A program made the position numbers and the translations under genes. A stretch of 64,000 bases of DNA from positions 1-64,000 of IMG/VR virus record IMGVR_UViG_3300035670_013167; one strand, given 5' to 3'. The number at the start of each line of letters is the position of its first letter. Within the stretch, counting starts at the first letter, position 1. This DNA is from a virus. The notes under the pieces were generated by a model. That model saw only the letters and a program-made list of their open reading frames with translations, was not told the origin of the DNA and did no database searches. Of the stretch, positions 47,753 to 57,480 are shown one piece after another.

Positions 47753-50292
47753 TTAATCCTCTGTTTTTGGTACATCAAAAGGGCAATCATCTTCATCCAT
47801 TATAACAGGATCTATAGAAAATCTCAACTTCATTTGTTTGCCTCCTCTAGATGGACTTAGAAATCTAGAAAAAAGCAAATCATGTTCAATTGGATTAACA
47901 TCTGTGATACCTAGACAATAACAGACCAAAGAACCAACTACGCTACCGCGACCTGGACCTACAGCCTCTGACCCGTCTCCATAACCTAGTAATTTTGGAC
48001 AGATTCTTCTAGCCTCGTCAGTCATCATTTTTTGAATCAAAAAGTAGCTAGCGAATCCTTTTTGACATATCAATTGATATTCTTCTTTTATTCTGTCTAA
48101 ATATTTTTTATTTTTAGGCAATCTTCTGAGCTTAAAGCCAATTTGTATGGCTTCTAATAATTTTTCTTCAGATTCAGGAATATAGGGTAATTTTATAGAC
48201 CTGTCTAACTCTACACCCTTCGATCTTTGGGCGATTTTAGTTGTATTTATTTTGGCTTGCTCAAAAATTTCATAAGGAATATCTTCACTATAGTCACTTA
48301 GCCATTTTGCATTTAATTCTTCTTCGCTTTTCATCCAAAGATTTTGATCTTGAAGCTCAAACAAATCTGCCGTTTCGTTTTCTGCTTTTTTTTCTTCTAT
48401 TTCCTTTAAGGTCTTCTTTGTTTGAACCATTAACATAAGACGCTGCATTTTGCTATCTTCTTGCAAGCAGTAATGACAATCATTACTTAATATTATTGGC
48501 AAATTGTATTTTTCATGAGCTTTAATTATAAACTTGTTATAAGGCTTTTGCTTGTTAAAATCCAAAAGCATTATTTCAAGATAAAAATTATCTTTGCCAA
48601 AAAATTCGATATATCTCTCGACCATTCTAAAGCCTTCTTCTTCGCCGCCACGGTCAAAGGCCTGTCCTATTTCAGAATTATAACAACAAGATGTAAAAAT
48701 TAATCCTTCTTTATGATCTTGCAATAATTCGTAATTTATTCTTGGTCTGTAATAGAAGCCTCTAGTCCATGCGGCAGAAGACAAGTTAACTAAATTACTG
48801 TAGCCTTTTTGGCTATAAGCTATGGCTAATAAATGAAAAGATTTTTTAAAGTCTTTTCTTTCTTCTGGACTCATATGTTCGGTAATTTCCGAAGCTTTTT
48901 GTCCGATATTTAAAGTGGGTTGAAGAGGATTGATGTAAAGTTCACAGTTATGAACTATAAAATCACTAACATAACTATTATCTTCTTCAACCTCAAAATT
49001 AAAAACTTCTATATTTTTTTCTTCTACTGATATACTAGAGATAGGCTTGATTATGTAATTATTTTTAATAAAGTTTCTTCTATATTTTACATTTTCGGTT
49101 ATAGGGACAGTATAACAAGTTCTTCCATCTAAAGTTTTATTAGAATACACATTTGACCAAAAACCTAAATTAGAAATTATTATTCGAACCTGATACGCGA
49201 GGTGGGAGGAGGATGTGCGTAAAGTTTTTTGTTTATTTTTTTTATTTATTTTTTTGCCATCTCCATCTAACAAGCCATCTAAAAATGCTTTTTGTACTTT
49301 TCGTGGCGAATCAAAAATTTGATGAGGGATTTTTTTATTTTTTGATCCCATTCCAATCAAATCAGACACAACATAACACAAAGGAAGGCAACAAAAACAA
49401 CAATCCATTTTACTATTTTCTTTATCTTCATAGCACGAAAGATTGATTCCAAATTTATTCAAAAAATTTGCTGCTCTTTTTGCCAAATCAAGTTCAAAAT
49501 AATTAAGAGAAAACCTCATGCCGCCTGTAAGCCTGCCATCTTTTTTAGAAAAACTTCCTTCTGCTGCGAACAGTCCTAAAAAATATGCAAATTCCTCATC
49601 TAATTCTATGAACAAAGGAATTTTTTCCCACTTTTTTTGTCCTTTCGAAAAAAATAAATTATCTATTTTGATTTCATCAGGTTGATATTCTTCTAATTTT
49701 ATTTTAATATTTTCATGTACATCTTGCATTTGTGGAAATGCAACATAACTAAAATGATTATCTAGACCCAAACCTGATCTGTGTCTTTTAACAATAATAT
49801 TCTCTGTTTTTGTCCAAGAATAATTGCCATGTTTGTCAAAAATCATAACTGGGTGGTCTCCAGTTAGTTGAGTTGTCTTCTTCGATCTTCCTACGCCAGA
49901 TAATTTGATACTGTAAATTTTACCATTATAATTTTTTTTCATTATTCTCAAAACCGATTTAAATCTACCTTTGTGCGTGAGAACTTTATCTCCGACATCT
50001 ATTTCCGATATGTCCTTAAAACCATCAATTGTATGAATTGGAGTCCCAGCAGGCATACAAGCAAATATAGGATTTATTCCATACTTTTCACATGCTTGAA
50101 TTTGCCTTGGAATTCCACCTAGAGAACCATGGTCACTTATACAGAGAAATTGTTGATTGATCTCTTTGGCTCTTTTAGCATATTCGTGCGCTGTGCCGTA
50201 TCCGTCAAGAACAGAAAAATCAGAGTTAACTAGTGCAGGTGAAGATGTTCAAAACCAACAATCTTCACCTGCTTGTCTCCTTTCTGCGTCAT
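47753..50292 (-). CDS. dnaE: DNA polymerase III alpha, N-terminal part (PHP + start of palm); intein-containing; interrupted by an 8-nt stop-containing insert at 50225-50232
   Basis: FEHLHLH|TAGTTAAC|SDFSVLDGYG, ISDHG, PIFA|intein|CELY, NDCHY, GPGRGS, LLFSRFL; start ATG 50292 or GTG 50268 (AAAGGAG SD). Confidence 0.88.
48947..50059 (-). mobile_element. Intein with LAGLIDADG endonuclease (371 aa) in the DnaE PHP domain
   Basis: CMPAGT..., LTGDHP, FLGLFAAEG, FLDGLLDGDG, VFNFEVEEDNSY..FIVHN|C. Confidence 0.93.
50225..50272 (-). other. Candidate recoding signal: 12-bp hairpin + CAC-TAG + 8-nt gap
   Basis: GCAGGTGAAGAT(N14)ATCTTCACCTGC immediately followed by ACTAGTTAACTCT. Confidence 0.6.
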
Positions 50293-50323
50293 TTTTTTTC
50301 TCTGCTGCGTGGTGTTGCTTAAA

Positions 50324-50533
50324 CTAATCCTTCTTCAATTGCTTTTTTTTCCAATCTTCCCATTTAGAATTAGCTAATGAGACTTTATTTTCTAAAGCAG
50401 TTTTTTTATTTTTATAGTCTTCAAAGTATTTTTTAAATTCTTCTTCCAGCAACTTTTTTTCTTCATGTATTGCGGCAACAGCCTTGCTAAAAACAGCAAA
50501 TTCTTCAGTTAATAACAATTCAATTTCATTCAT
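50324..50533 (-). CDS. Small coiled-coil protein
   Basis: 69 aa, AAAGG SD. Confidence 0.7.
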   Translation of the reverse strand: MNEIELLLTEEFAVFSKAVAAIHEEKKLLEEEFKKYFEDYKNKKTALENKVSLANSKWEDWKKKQLKKD

Positions 50534-50543
50534 AAAAACCTTT

Positions 50544-51269
50544 CTAATTAATATCTTTTTTCTTACGGCCTGTTCTTGTTTTGGCTAATGTTTCAAAACC
50601 TTTTTCGCCCAAAATACCATCGGCAAATCCGTAATAAACAGCTTCATCAGCAGAAAGATACCAATCCGAATTATGTCTTATTTTGGAATCAATAAAATTC
50701 ATAGTCTTTTTAATTCCATAACTTCTGTCTGTGAAGTATTTTCCCATTATAGCTCTTTGAGCAAATATTTGCAACATCCTTTTGTTGTATTTTTCATTCT
50801 GATCAATAGCAGATTTTACAGCAATCGCATTATCGCTTACAGAAACAGATCCATGATGAATCATAACTTCGCAATCTGGCAGTAAGACTCTTTTATCCGC
50901 TGCTTGAAGTATAATACCACTCATGGACGAAGCTTGAGCGTACGATAATATAGTCACAGGAGAAGATATTAATCTAATTATATTAAACATCGCCATTCCA
51001 TCAGACCAACATCCACCTATTGTGTGCATATGAATTAATATATTTTTATGATTTTGAGCCTCTAGGATATGCATGTTTTTTATAAACTTGGTGGCCATTC
51101 GATAATCTACGCCAGGCTCTTCCTCATCAACACCATCCATATGACCATGCAAATAAATCTCTCTAGAATGATGATTTACATTATTATTATGAATGTCACT
51201 AATCAACTGCTCTATGGCAGTAACTTTTTTGGGCGTATAAATTTGACTCATAAGTGTATCTGTGGGCAT
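50544..51269 (-). CDS. clpP: ClpP-like protease
   Basis: REIYLHG, IHMHTIGG, ASSMSGIILQAA (Ser), VMIHHG (His), DWYLSADEAV.YG.AD. Confidence 0.85.
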   Translation of the reverse strand: MPTDTLMSQIYTPKKVTAIEQLISDIHNNNVNHHSREIYLHGHMDGVDEEEPGVDYRMATKFIKNMHILEAQNHKNILIHMHTIGGCWSDGMAMFNIIRLISSPVTILSYAQASSMSGIILQAADKRVLLPDCEVMIHHGSVSVSDNAIAVKSAIDQNEKYNKRMLQIFAQRAIMGKYFTDRSYGIKKTMNFIDSKIRHNSDWYLSADEAVYYGFADGILGEKGFETLAKTRTGRKKKDIN

Positions 51270-51348
51270 TTGAGTTACACCTATATTTAGACATAATAAA
51301 ATCCATAATGCATTTTTTTAATAAATTATTAATAATTTATTAAAAAAA

Positions 51349-52968
51349 TTAATAAGAGTCATAATTTGGAGATCCTATTCCCAAATATTGGTCTCTTTCT
51401 ACAACGTCAATTACATCCTCTCCTAAACACCTATAAATAAGCTCTGTGCCGTCTGCGGTCTTGGTCGATAGGCAGACATCATTTTTCCATAAATACCTCA
51501 GAGATTGAATTACAGGCCTTATATAGGGGTCGTAAAGCGGTCTGCCGTCCGATTTGTGCTCTAAAAATAAAATTCCTTTTCCTTTGTGATTACAATCAGT
51601 TAGATAAATTTCGGGCAATCCGCCATTTGTGTATCTTTGAATTAATTTTTTTTTAATTTTTTTATGATCTCTACTTTCTATTTTATATTCGCCATTCGGA
51701 TATTTTTTCCATTCAAAAAATTGATACTTTTCACAAAATTCAGGAGTAAAAAACTCCATAATAAAAGTCAAATCATTATAGAACTTTCTAACTTCAAAAA
51801 CCTTATCATGACCCAAATTTAATTTTTTATCCCAATTTTCTTTCTCTCTAATATCTTCGCAGTCTTCCCACTCAGTGCCAAATTGTCCTTTATTCCATCT
51901 TTCTTCAATATCCAAAAATAAACAAAAACCTAATTTATAAGGATTCATAGAATATTTTCCACCAAGAACCCCCATTTTATGATGAGAGTATTCTATAATT
52001 CCAGAACTTTCATGACTCTGGCCTAAAGCACTGAATCCTTGTTTTGCCATTATATTATAGTCACAGAAAGAAGCCCAACCCTCATTTATAGTTTTGGTCA
52101 ACCTCTGGGGGGCGAAGTACATACTCTCATCATAAAGCATAGCGACTATGTCTGCTTCCCAAGGCTTGAGGGGAGCATAATCCCTAATAAACCTCATTAT
52201 GTCCTTCGTAGAATTATTAAATATATCTAAATATTCCGCAGCTTCTATTTTTTGAATTTTTTCTTGTTGCTTGTTTATCCAATCTTGTGGATTTAAATAG
52301 TCATCCATATAGTCATGGTCTTCTTTTGACTTTAATCTACTCGGATGTCTATAAATTCTTTCATCCTTTATTATCGGATTTTTAATTTTTTTTCTTTCCC
52401 AAGATTTTGAAAAATCTATTAAAGTTTCAATTCTCAAGACATGATCTATAAATTCTGTTACTCTTTCTTTGCCCCAACGACTCATGTACTCTCTAATTCT
52501 GGTGCCGTGGTTAGCCAATTGATTCATCATGTTTTGGCTTGTTTGAGAAAAATAAATATTATTCTTAAAAAAATCAGCGTGGCCTAAAGCGTGAGCAACC
52601 ACAGTAACATTATCGACCAAAGTATTAGAATCTAAACAATAAAGGTATACTGGGTTTGTGTTAACTACCATTTCGTATATCTTATGCATTCCATAAACAT
52701 ATCCTCTTTGTAGCTCTTCATATTCCATTCCCCATCTCCAATGAGGAAAGCGAACAGGAAACCCTCCATATGCTGCTATCTCACTAATTTCATCATAAGT
52801 CAGCATTTCAACAACAGTTGGATAAAAATCACAACCAAAATCACTTACTTTTTTATAAATTTCAGGCAATAATTTTTTAAGTTCAGGAGGAAGAGAAACT
52901 CCTGGAATTGTGTTGTCTCCCATTAAGACAGGAGACCCATGCATAAATTTTTCAGATTTTTTATTCAA
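51349..52968 (-). CDS. spoVR: SpoVR/YcgB family protein
   Basis: AYGGFPVRFPHWRWG, KIYEMVVN, AHALGHADFFKNN, TKTINEGWASF, NPYKLG. Confidence 0.95.
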   Translation of the reverse strand: MNKKSEKFMHGSPVLMGDNTIPGVSLPPELKKLLPEIYKKVSDFGCDFYPTVVEMLTYDEISEIAAYGGFPVRFPHWRWGMEYEELQRGYVYGMHKIYEMVVNTNPVYLYCLDSNTLVDNVTVVAHALGHADFFKNNIYFSQTSQNMMNQLANHGTRIREYMSRWGKERVTEFIDHVLRIETLIDFSKSWERKKIKNPIIKDERIYRHPSRLKSKEDHDYMDDYLNPQDWINKQQEKIQKIEAAEYLDIFNNSTKDIMRFIRDYAPLKPWEADIVAMLYDESMYFAPQRLTKTINEGWASFCDYNIMAKQGFSALGQSHESSGIIEYSHHKMGVLGGKYSMNPYKLGFCLFLDIEERWNKGQFGTEWEDCEDIREKENWDKKLNLGHDKVFEVRKFYNDLTFIMEFFTPEFCEKYQFFEWKKYPNGEYKIESRDHKKIKKKLIQRYTNGGLPEIYLTDCNHKGKGILFLEHKSDGRPLYDPYIRPVIQSLRYLWKNDVCLSTKTADGTELIYRCLGEDVIDVVERDQYLGIGSPNYDSY

Positions 52969-54146
52969 GATTTTACCTTTCCTAAAAGATCAACTATTGA
53001 TTTCTTAATTTGAGAATCTCTATCGTCCTCTGACAATTGCATGTTTGGCAAACTATGTGCTGGATGTGCTATTTGAGTTGTAACCAAATTTGAAAAATTA
53101 CTTTGATCTATAGCTTGCTTTAAGCTTCCATCGTAGTTCCAAGCTAATACTTGTGTTATTCCCACCATGTTGACAATTTTAGAATTAAAATCATCTTGTA
53201 AAATTTTTATAAATTGCTGATTGTCCCCGTCCCAATTTTCACCATCTGTAAAATAAAATAAATAAATATTCCACTTTAAGGGATTGTATCTGTTTTCAAA
53301 CATTTTTTGAATTAATTTTAGTGCTGACGAACAAGTTGTGCCTCCGCCATATCTGTACTTGTAGAATCTGCTTTCATCGACTTCTTTGGCAACGGTATCA
53401 TGCCAAACATACACTCGCTCTACTTTTTCATAAAATCTTCTAATCCATACATCAATCCACCAACTCATATCACTAACAATATCGCATTTATATTGATCCA
53501 TTGAGGCAGATCCATCTCTAGCAAAAAATATAACTGCATTGCTTGAAGGTATTTTTATCTCATTGAATTGACGGTATCTCTTATCGCTATTAATAGGAGT
53601 TATAAGTTTTACTGGATGAGCAAATCCTGGTATGTCGTGGAGATTATTTATGGAACCATCAGAACATTGTCTTTTTAAGGCTTGCCTAAGAGTTCTTGCA
53701 TTGTGCCTTAAGGACTCAGGGCCAGTCAGCGATATATTATTATATTTCTTAATAATTTCTTCATAAGTGTCACTAGGCTTTGGCTTCATGTCGGGAAGTT
53801 GCAATTCTTCTTGAAGAAATTTCAAAACCTCTTCAAGATCAACAGCAATCTCTATGCCTTCGCCTTCTTCTTGTCCGGCTTTATTGCCTTTTCCGTCTCC
53901 TTGATCTTTATCTTTTCCTATGACCTTACCATTTTCTCCTTCTCCTCTTCCTATTCCTCCGCTTCCATTATCACCAAAAACAATATGCGGAATATCTATT
54001 TTTGGAATAGTTAATATAACTTTACCATCTTTACCGCGATTCCTAAAAATACTTCCATTTTTAATGTATTTTTTTAATTCTTTTCTTTTTCTGCCGGCAT
54101 ATACGTCATGGAACTCTTTATGGTCTTCATGTATTCGGCGGGGCAT
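52965..54146 (-). CDS. yeaH: YeaH/YhbH (DUF444) vWA-like protein
   Basis: Gly-rich linker, FLQEELQLP, AVIFFARDGSASM, GGGTTCSSA, WNIY.F.FTDGEN. Confidence 0.93.
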   Translation of the reverse strand: MPRRIHEDHKEFHDVYAGRKRKELKKYIKNGSIFRNRGKDGKVILTIPKIDIPHIVFGDNGSGGIGRGEGENGKVIGKDKDQGDGKGNKAGQEEGEGIEIAVDLEEVLKFLQEELQLPDMKPKPSDTYEEIIKKYNNISLTGPESLRHNARTLRQALKRQCSDGSINNLHDIPGFAHPVKLITPINSDKRYRQFNEIKIPSSNAVIFFARDGSASMDQYKCDIVSDMSWWIDVWIRRFYEKVERVYVWHDTVAKEVDESRFYKYRYGGGTTCSSALKLIQKMFENRYNPLKWNIYLFYFTDGENWDGDNQQFIKILQDDFNSKIVNMVGITQVLAWNYDGSLKQAIDQSNFSNLVTTQIAHPAHSLPNMQLSEDDRDSQIKKSIVDLLGKVKS

Positions 54147-54160
54147 TTTTCATCCTTTGA

Positions 54161-57100
54161 TTAGTCGTTATCAGCAACATCGCCGCGAGCGAAAATTGAA
54201 CCCACGTAGTCCAAAACATCAGTAGCAGATTGTTCGTTATATCCGTATTGAGATATAAGTCTTTGCTTTACTGCGTCTATCTTTTCTTGAACATCCTTAT
54301 CAACAACAGCAGCTCCCTTAATATTTAGAGCCGAAAGCTTGATGTGATCCTTTGTGTCTTCAAAAAGCTTAGCTTCTAAAGCTTTCTTGAGTTGAGGATT
54401 GCTATCCCATCTAAATTGCTTTCCACTATGGGCCAAGTGCCCAATAAATCCTGCTAAAGATCTTCTAAAATCATCTGCTCCGACTTCGGGAATATCTATC
54501 TTCTCTTCTATAGATCTCATTAATCTTTCGTCTGGCTCTTGGTCTTGTTCTGTGAATGGATTTTTAATCTTAGTGCCATCAATATAAGCCATCACATTAT
54601 CAATATAATTGCCACATAGCCTTTCGATAGCAGTTTCATCTCCTACAAGAGCCTTTTGAACTTCTGTTTTCAATATTTGATCCAGTTCTTTTCTAGCCAA
54701 GTCTACACACGTAATATATTTAGACTTTTCTTCTTCACTAGTAAATAAAGATTGATGATCTATTCCATTTTTCAATTCATTTAGAACCATAAAGAAATTT
54801 ATATAATCATAATGAGAACTAAGACAATTAGAAATTTTGTCTTGAGTATATCTACAACTTACTCCCACAAACATGCCTTCATCGGGATATTTATCCTTGA
54901 GTTCTTTTATAGAGTCTTCAGTCCAACCAGGAAGAGATCTTCCATCATATAATTTAGCTTTCTCAACTAGAGTTATTTTGCCATCTTTATCATCTTGAAG
55001 TCTGGTTAAGACTGTCCAGAGAGCAGCAATTTCCAAGGTATGGGGAGCAATGTGCTGCTTTACTCTTCCTCTACCGTAGTAGTACTCTAGTATCTTAAGT
55101 TCTTCGCTCCATCTTAATAAGTACGGAACATCAATCTTCACAGTACGATCTCTCAAAGCTTCCATAGTCTGATCGCTTTTTAACTTTTCATACTCTGGAT
55201 TATTGGTGTGAGAAATTAAAACAGTGTCTATGCTAATTTGTGGAAATTTTTTAGGCTTGATTTGACGTTCCTGAGATGCTCCAAGCAAATCATATAAAAA
55301 TTCTTTAGCCAACTTTAGAACTTCGATAAATTCAACAACGCCTCTATTTCCAACACAGTTGTGAACAACTATATCATTTGCCAAAAACGAATGATCTTCT
55401 TCTACCTCAAAATCAAAAACCTGTAGGTCAGAAACATTGTTGAAAGAAATAGATTTAATTTTTCTTGCATATCCAAAAACAGTTCTGTTGACATCTGTCT
55501 CGTATAATTCAATTCCATTTTGCCTAACTTCTTCGGCAAAGTCTTCAAAAATGTCTAAGGACTTTTTGCCTGACGCTCCTACAACATATGCTTTTTTATG
55601 GTTTTCAAAAGCAGGCCTGGCATAGGACGATGATCCCATGCCGCTGGACAGCATAAGAACAGAAATATCTCTGGCTAATTTTTCTGATATTGTTACGCCC
55701 GTTATTGACATTGCGGGCTTACCTTTAATTTTTTTAATTTTTCTGTGGCCGTCTCCATCAAGCCACCCAGATATCAATCCCATCTTAACTGACTCGTTTG
55801 AGGTCATAAATACAGGAGGTATTCTTTTTGTTCCGGCCAAACCCGCACAAAACTTAGAGAAAAATTTGGCTAAATTAACATTGTTGACCTCGACTATTCT
55901 TCCTGTTTTATTTTTATTAACTAACCTATGAGTGGCATTTACTCCGAAAATACTATTGACCAATAGTATTATTTCATTAGCTAAATTTTCTTCTTTAGCG
56001 CTCAGATTAAAAATAACCTTTTTACTAGTGCAATTTCCTTCTGCTAAATATAGGCCAAATAACCTGGCAAAGGAGTGTGTTACGTGCAAATATCTATTGA
56101 CTACATTTTTCTTTTCTCCAGTTGGGATTCTAACTTTTTCCACGCCATTTTCAAATGTAGAAACAAAATTATCCAAATAAATAGATAAATCAACAACTTG
56201 ATCAATACAATTTCTATTCCAGCCTATTAACACCCTGTCGTTTTCGTTCAAATCAGAAGCTTTTTTCCAAACTAAATTGCCGGGCTTCCATCTCCAATTT
56301 TGACTACTTTCCATAACCGCAACAGGATGATCTGCGGTCATTGTAATTGGAAAAGGAAAATGAGAAACATTCAAAGTAACCATTTCCCCAGTATACTTTC
56401 TATTCATCGTATCGATAACAGACCTTACATTGCCAAGATGAGTAACAACTTCATCTCCAATTTTTACATCTTCTATGTTTTTTTCAGACCCATCTCCCAT
56501 GCGAACCAAAGTTCCAGCAGGAAAACAAAACTCGCCGTCAAAGTTAAATGCTCTTGAATCAGAATCGGTGCCAAAGTGGGTCAACTTGCCCCAATTAACA
56601 TCTCCAGTTAATTCTGTGCTGTCTTGATTTTTTTCATCCTTTGGCTGGAAGGTGGCTATTCCCATTCTATCTGATTCCGAATGGTTTTTTCTTATTACTC
56701 TTATGTGATTCTCTATAACTTTTTCCCAATCGCCTTCGTACTTAACCAATAGTTCTTTCATGAACTTTTTAGATCTCGGATCAAGGTCTCCCTCAACATT
56801 TAATTTATACAAATTTATTTTTTCTTTTTCATCCGTTTGATCTGCCAATATTTCATTAAGTTCTTTTAGAACTTCTTTTCTAATTTCAGAAGGTATTAGC
56901 TTTAGTGGATCTTCGTGCATTGGAGATTCGTCTTCTGGCTGCGTGTATAGGCCATCGTCTTTGCCAGTTGGCAAATTAACCCATTTAAATGTGTACCAAG
57001 CTCCATCATCAGTTAGAGAATACTTTTCCAAGCCTCTCTTGATACACCTTAATATTGTTGATTTAGAAGATCCAACAGGACCGTGCAAAAGAAGCACTCG

Positions 57101-57412
57101 ACGTTCAGGACCATATCCTCCTGCTGCTCCTTTGAAGAATTGAACGAGTTGATGCAACGTTTCTTCTAGACCAAAGATGGGAACTTCAGGATCATCAAAA
57201 AAACTATAGTGAACGTATGTTTTTCTATACTTCTCTACTTTTTTCGTACCTTTTGACATGATCATGTCATAAAGATATTGATAAGCAGTTCTTGCTAATT
57301 TAGGATTTTTATAAACTAATGACAAATAATCAGAAAAACTCATTTCCTCGTTTAGTTTTTGAAAATTATCTTTATTAAATTTATTAGCAATTTTTGATAA
57401 GACGTTTTCCAT
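54161..57412 (-). CDS. prkA: PrkA/YeaG serine kinase-AAA protein containing an intein
   Basis: LLLHGPVGSSKS, DEKNQDSTELTG, FDGEF|intein|CVGNRG..EF.E.LK, HTN..EY, EALRDR, HIAPHTL. Confidence 0.95.
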   Translation of the reverse strand: MENVLSKIANKFNKDNFQKLNEEMSFSDYLSLVYKNPKLARTAYQYLYDMIMSKGTKKVEKYRKTYVHYSFFDDPEVPIFGLEETLHQLVQFFKGAAGGYGPERRVLLLHGPVGSSKSTILRCIKRGLEKYSLTDDGAWYTFKWVNLPTGKDDGLYTQPEDESPMHEDPLKLIPSEIRKEVLKELNEILADQTDEKEKINLYKLNVEGDLDPRSKKFMKELLVKYEGDWEKVIENHIRVIRKNHSESDRMGIATFQPKDEKNQDSTELTGDVNWGKLTHFGTDSDSRAFNFDGEFCFPAGTLVRMGDGSEKNIEDVKIGDEVVTHLGNVRSVIDTMNRKYTGEMVTLNVSHFPFPITMTADHPVAVMESSQNWRWKPGNLVWKKASDLNENDRVLIGWNRNCIDQVVDLSIYLDNFVSTFENGVEKVRIPTGEKKNVVNRYLHVTHSFARLFGLYLAEGNCTSKKVIFNLSAKEENLANEIILLVNSIFGVNATHRLVNKNKTGRIVEVNNVNLAKFFSKFCAGLAGTKRIPPVFMTSNESVKMGLISGWLDGDGHRKIKKIKGKPAMSITGVTISEKLARDISVLMLSSGMGSSSYARPAFENHKKAYVVGASGKKSLDIFEDFAEEVRQNGIELYETDVNRTVFGYARKIKSISFNNVSDLQVFDFEVEEDHSFLANDIVVHNCVGNRGVVEFIEVLKLAKEFLYDLLGASQERQIKPKKFPQISIDTVLISHTNNPEYEKLKSDQTMEALRDRTVKIDVPYLLRWSEELKILEYYYGRGRVKQHIAPHTLEIAALWTVLTRLQDDKDGKITLVEKAKLYDGRSLPGWTEDSIKELKDKYPDEGMFVGVSCRYTQDKISNCLSSHYDYINFFMVLNELKNGIDHQSLFTSEEEKSKYITCVDLARKELDQILKTEVQKALVGDETAIERLCGNYIDNVMAYIDGTKIKNPFTEQDQEPDERLMRSIEEKIDIPEVGADDFRRSLAGFIGHLAHSGKQFRWDSNPQLKKALEAKLFEDTKDHIKLSALNIKGAAVVDKDVQEKIDAVKQRLISQYGYNEQSATDVLDYVGSIFARGDVADND
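55358..56527 (-). mobile_element. Intein with LAGLIDADG endonuclease (390 aa) in PrkA
   Basis: CFPAGT..., MTADHP, FGLYLAEG, ISGWLDGDG, VFDFEVEEDHSF..IVVHN|C. Confidence 0.93.
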
Positions 57413-57449
57413 AAAAGCTTCCTTTTAATATTTAAATTAACCTGTGTTT

Positions 57450-57478
57450 ATTATAATAGAAAATCAAAACCATAGCAA
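57450..57478 (-). promoter_or_regulatory. Sigma70-like promoter of prkA-yeaH-spoVR
   Basis: TTGCTA-N17-TATAAT; AAGGAAG SD downstream. Confidence 0.55.
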
Positions 57479-57480
57479 TA

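Noticed and set aside
47753-50056. ORF-track start MPAGTP as the true start of dnaE-N
   Set aside because: That Met is residue 2 of the intein; conserved PHP sequence continues upstream in frame to 50224.
50230-50232. TAG reassignment (alternative genetic code) or simple readthrough to explain the dnaE stop
   Set aside because: Reading through TAG stays in the wrong frame and soon meets TAA. Other genes (e.g. 2921, 4861, 41691) end at TAG, and long genes are not peppered with in-frame TAG.
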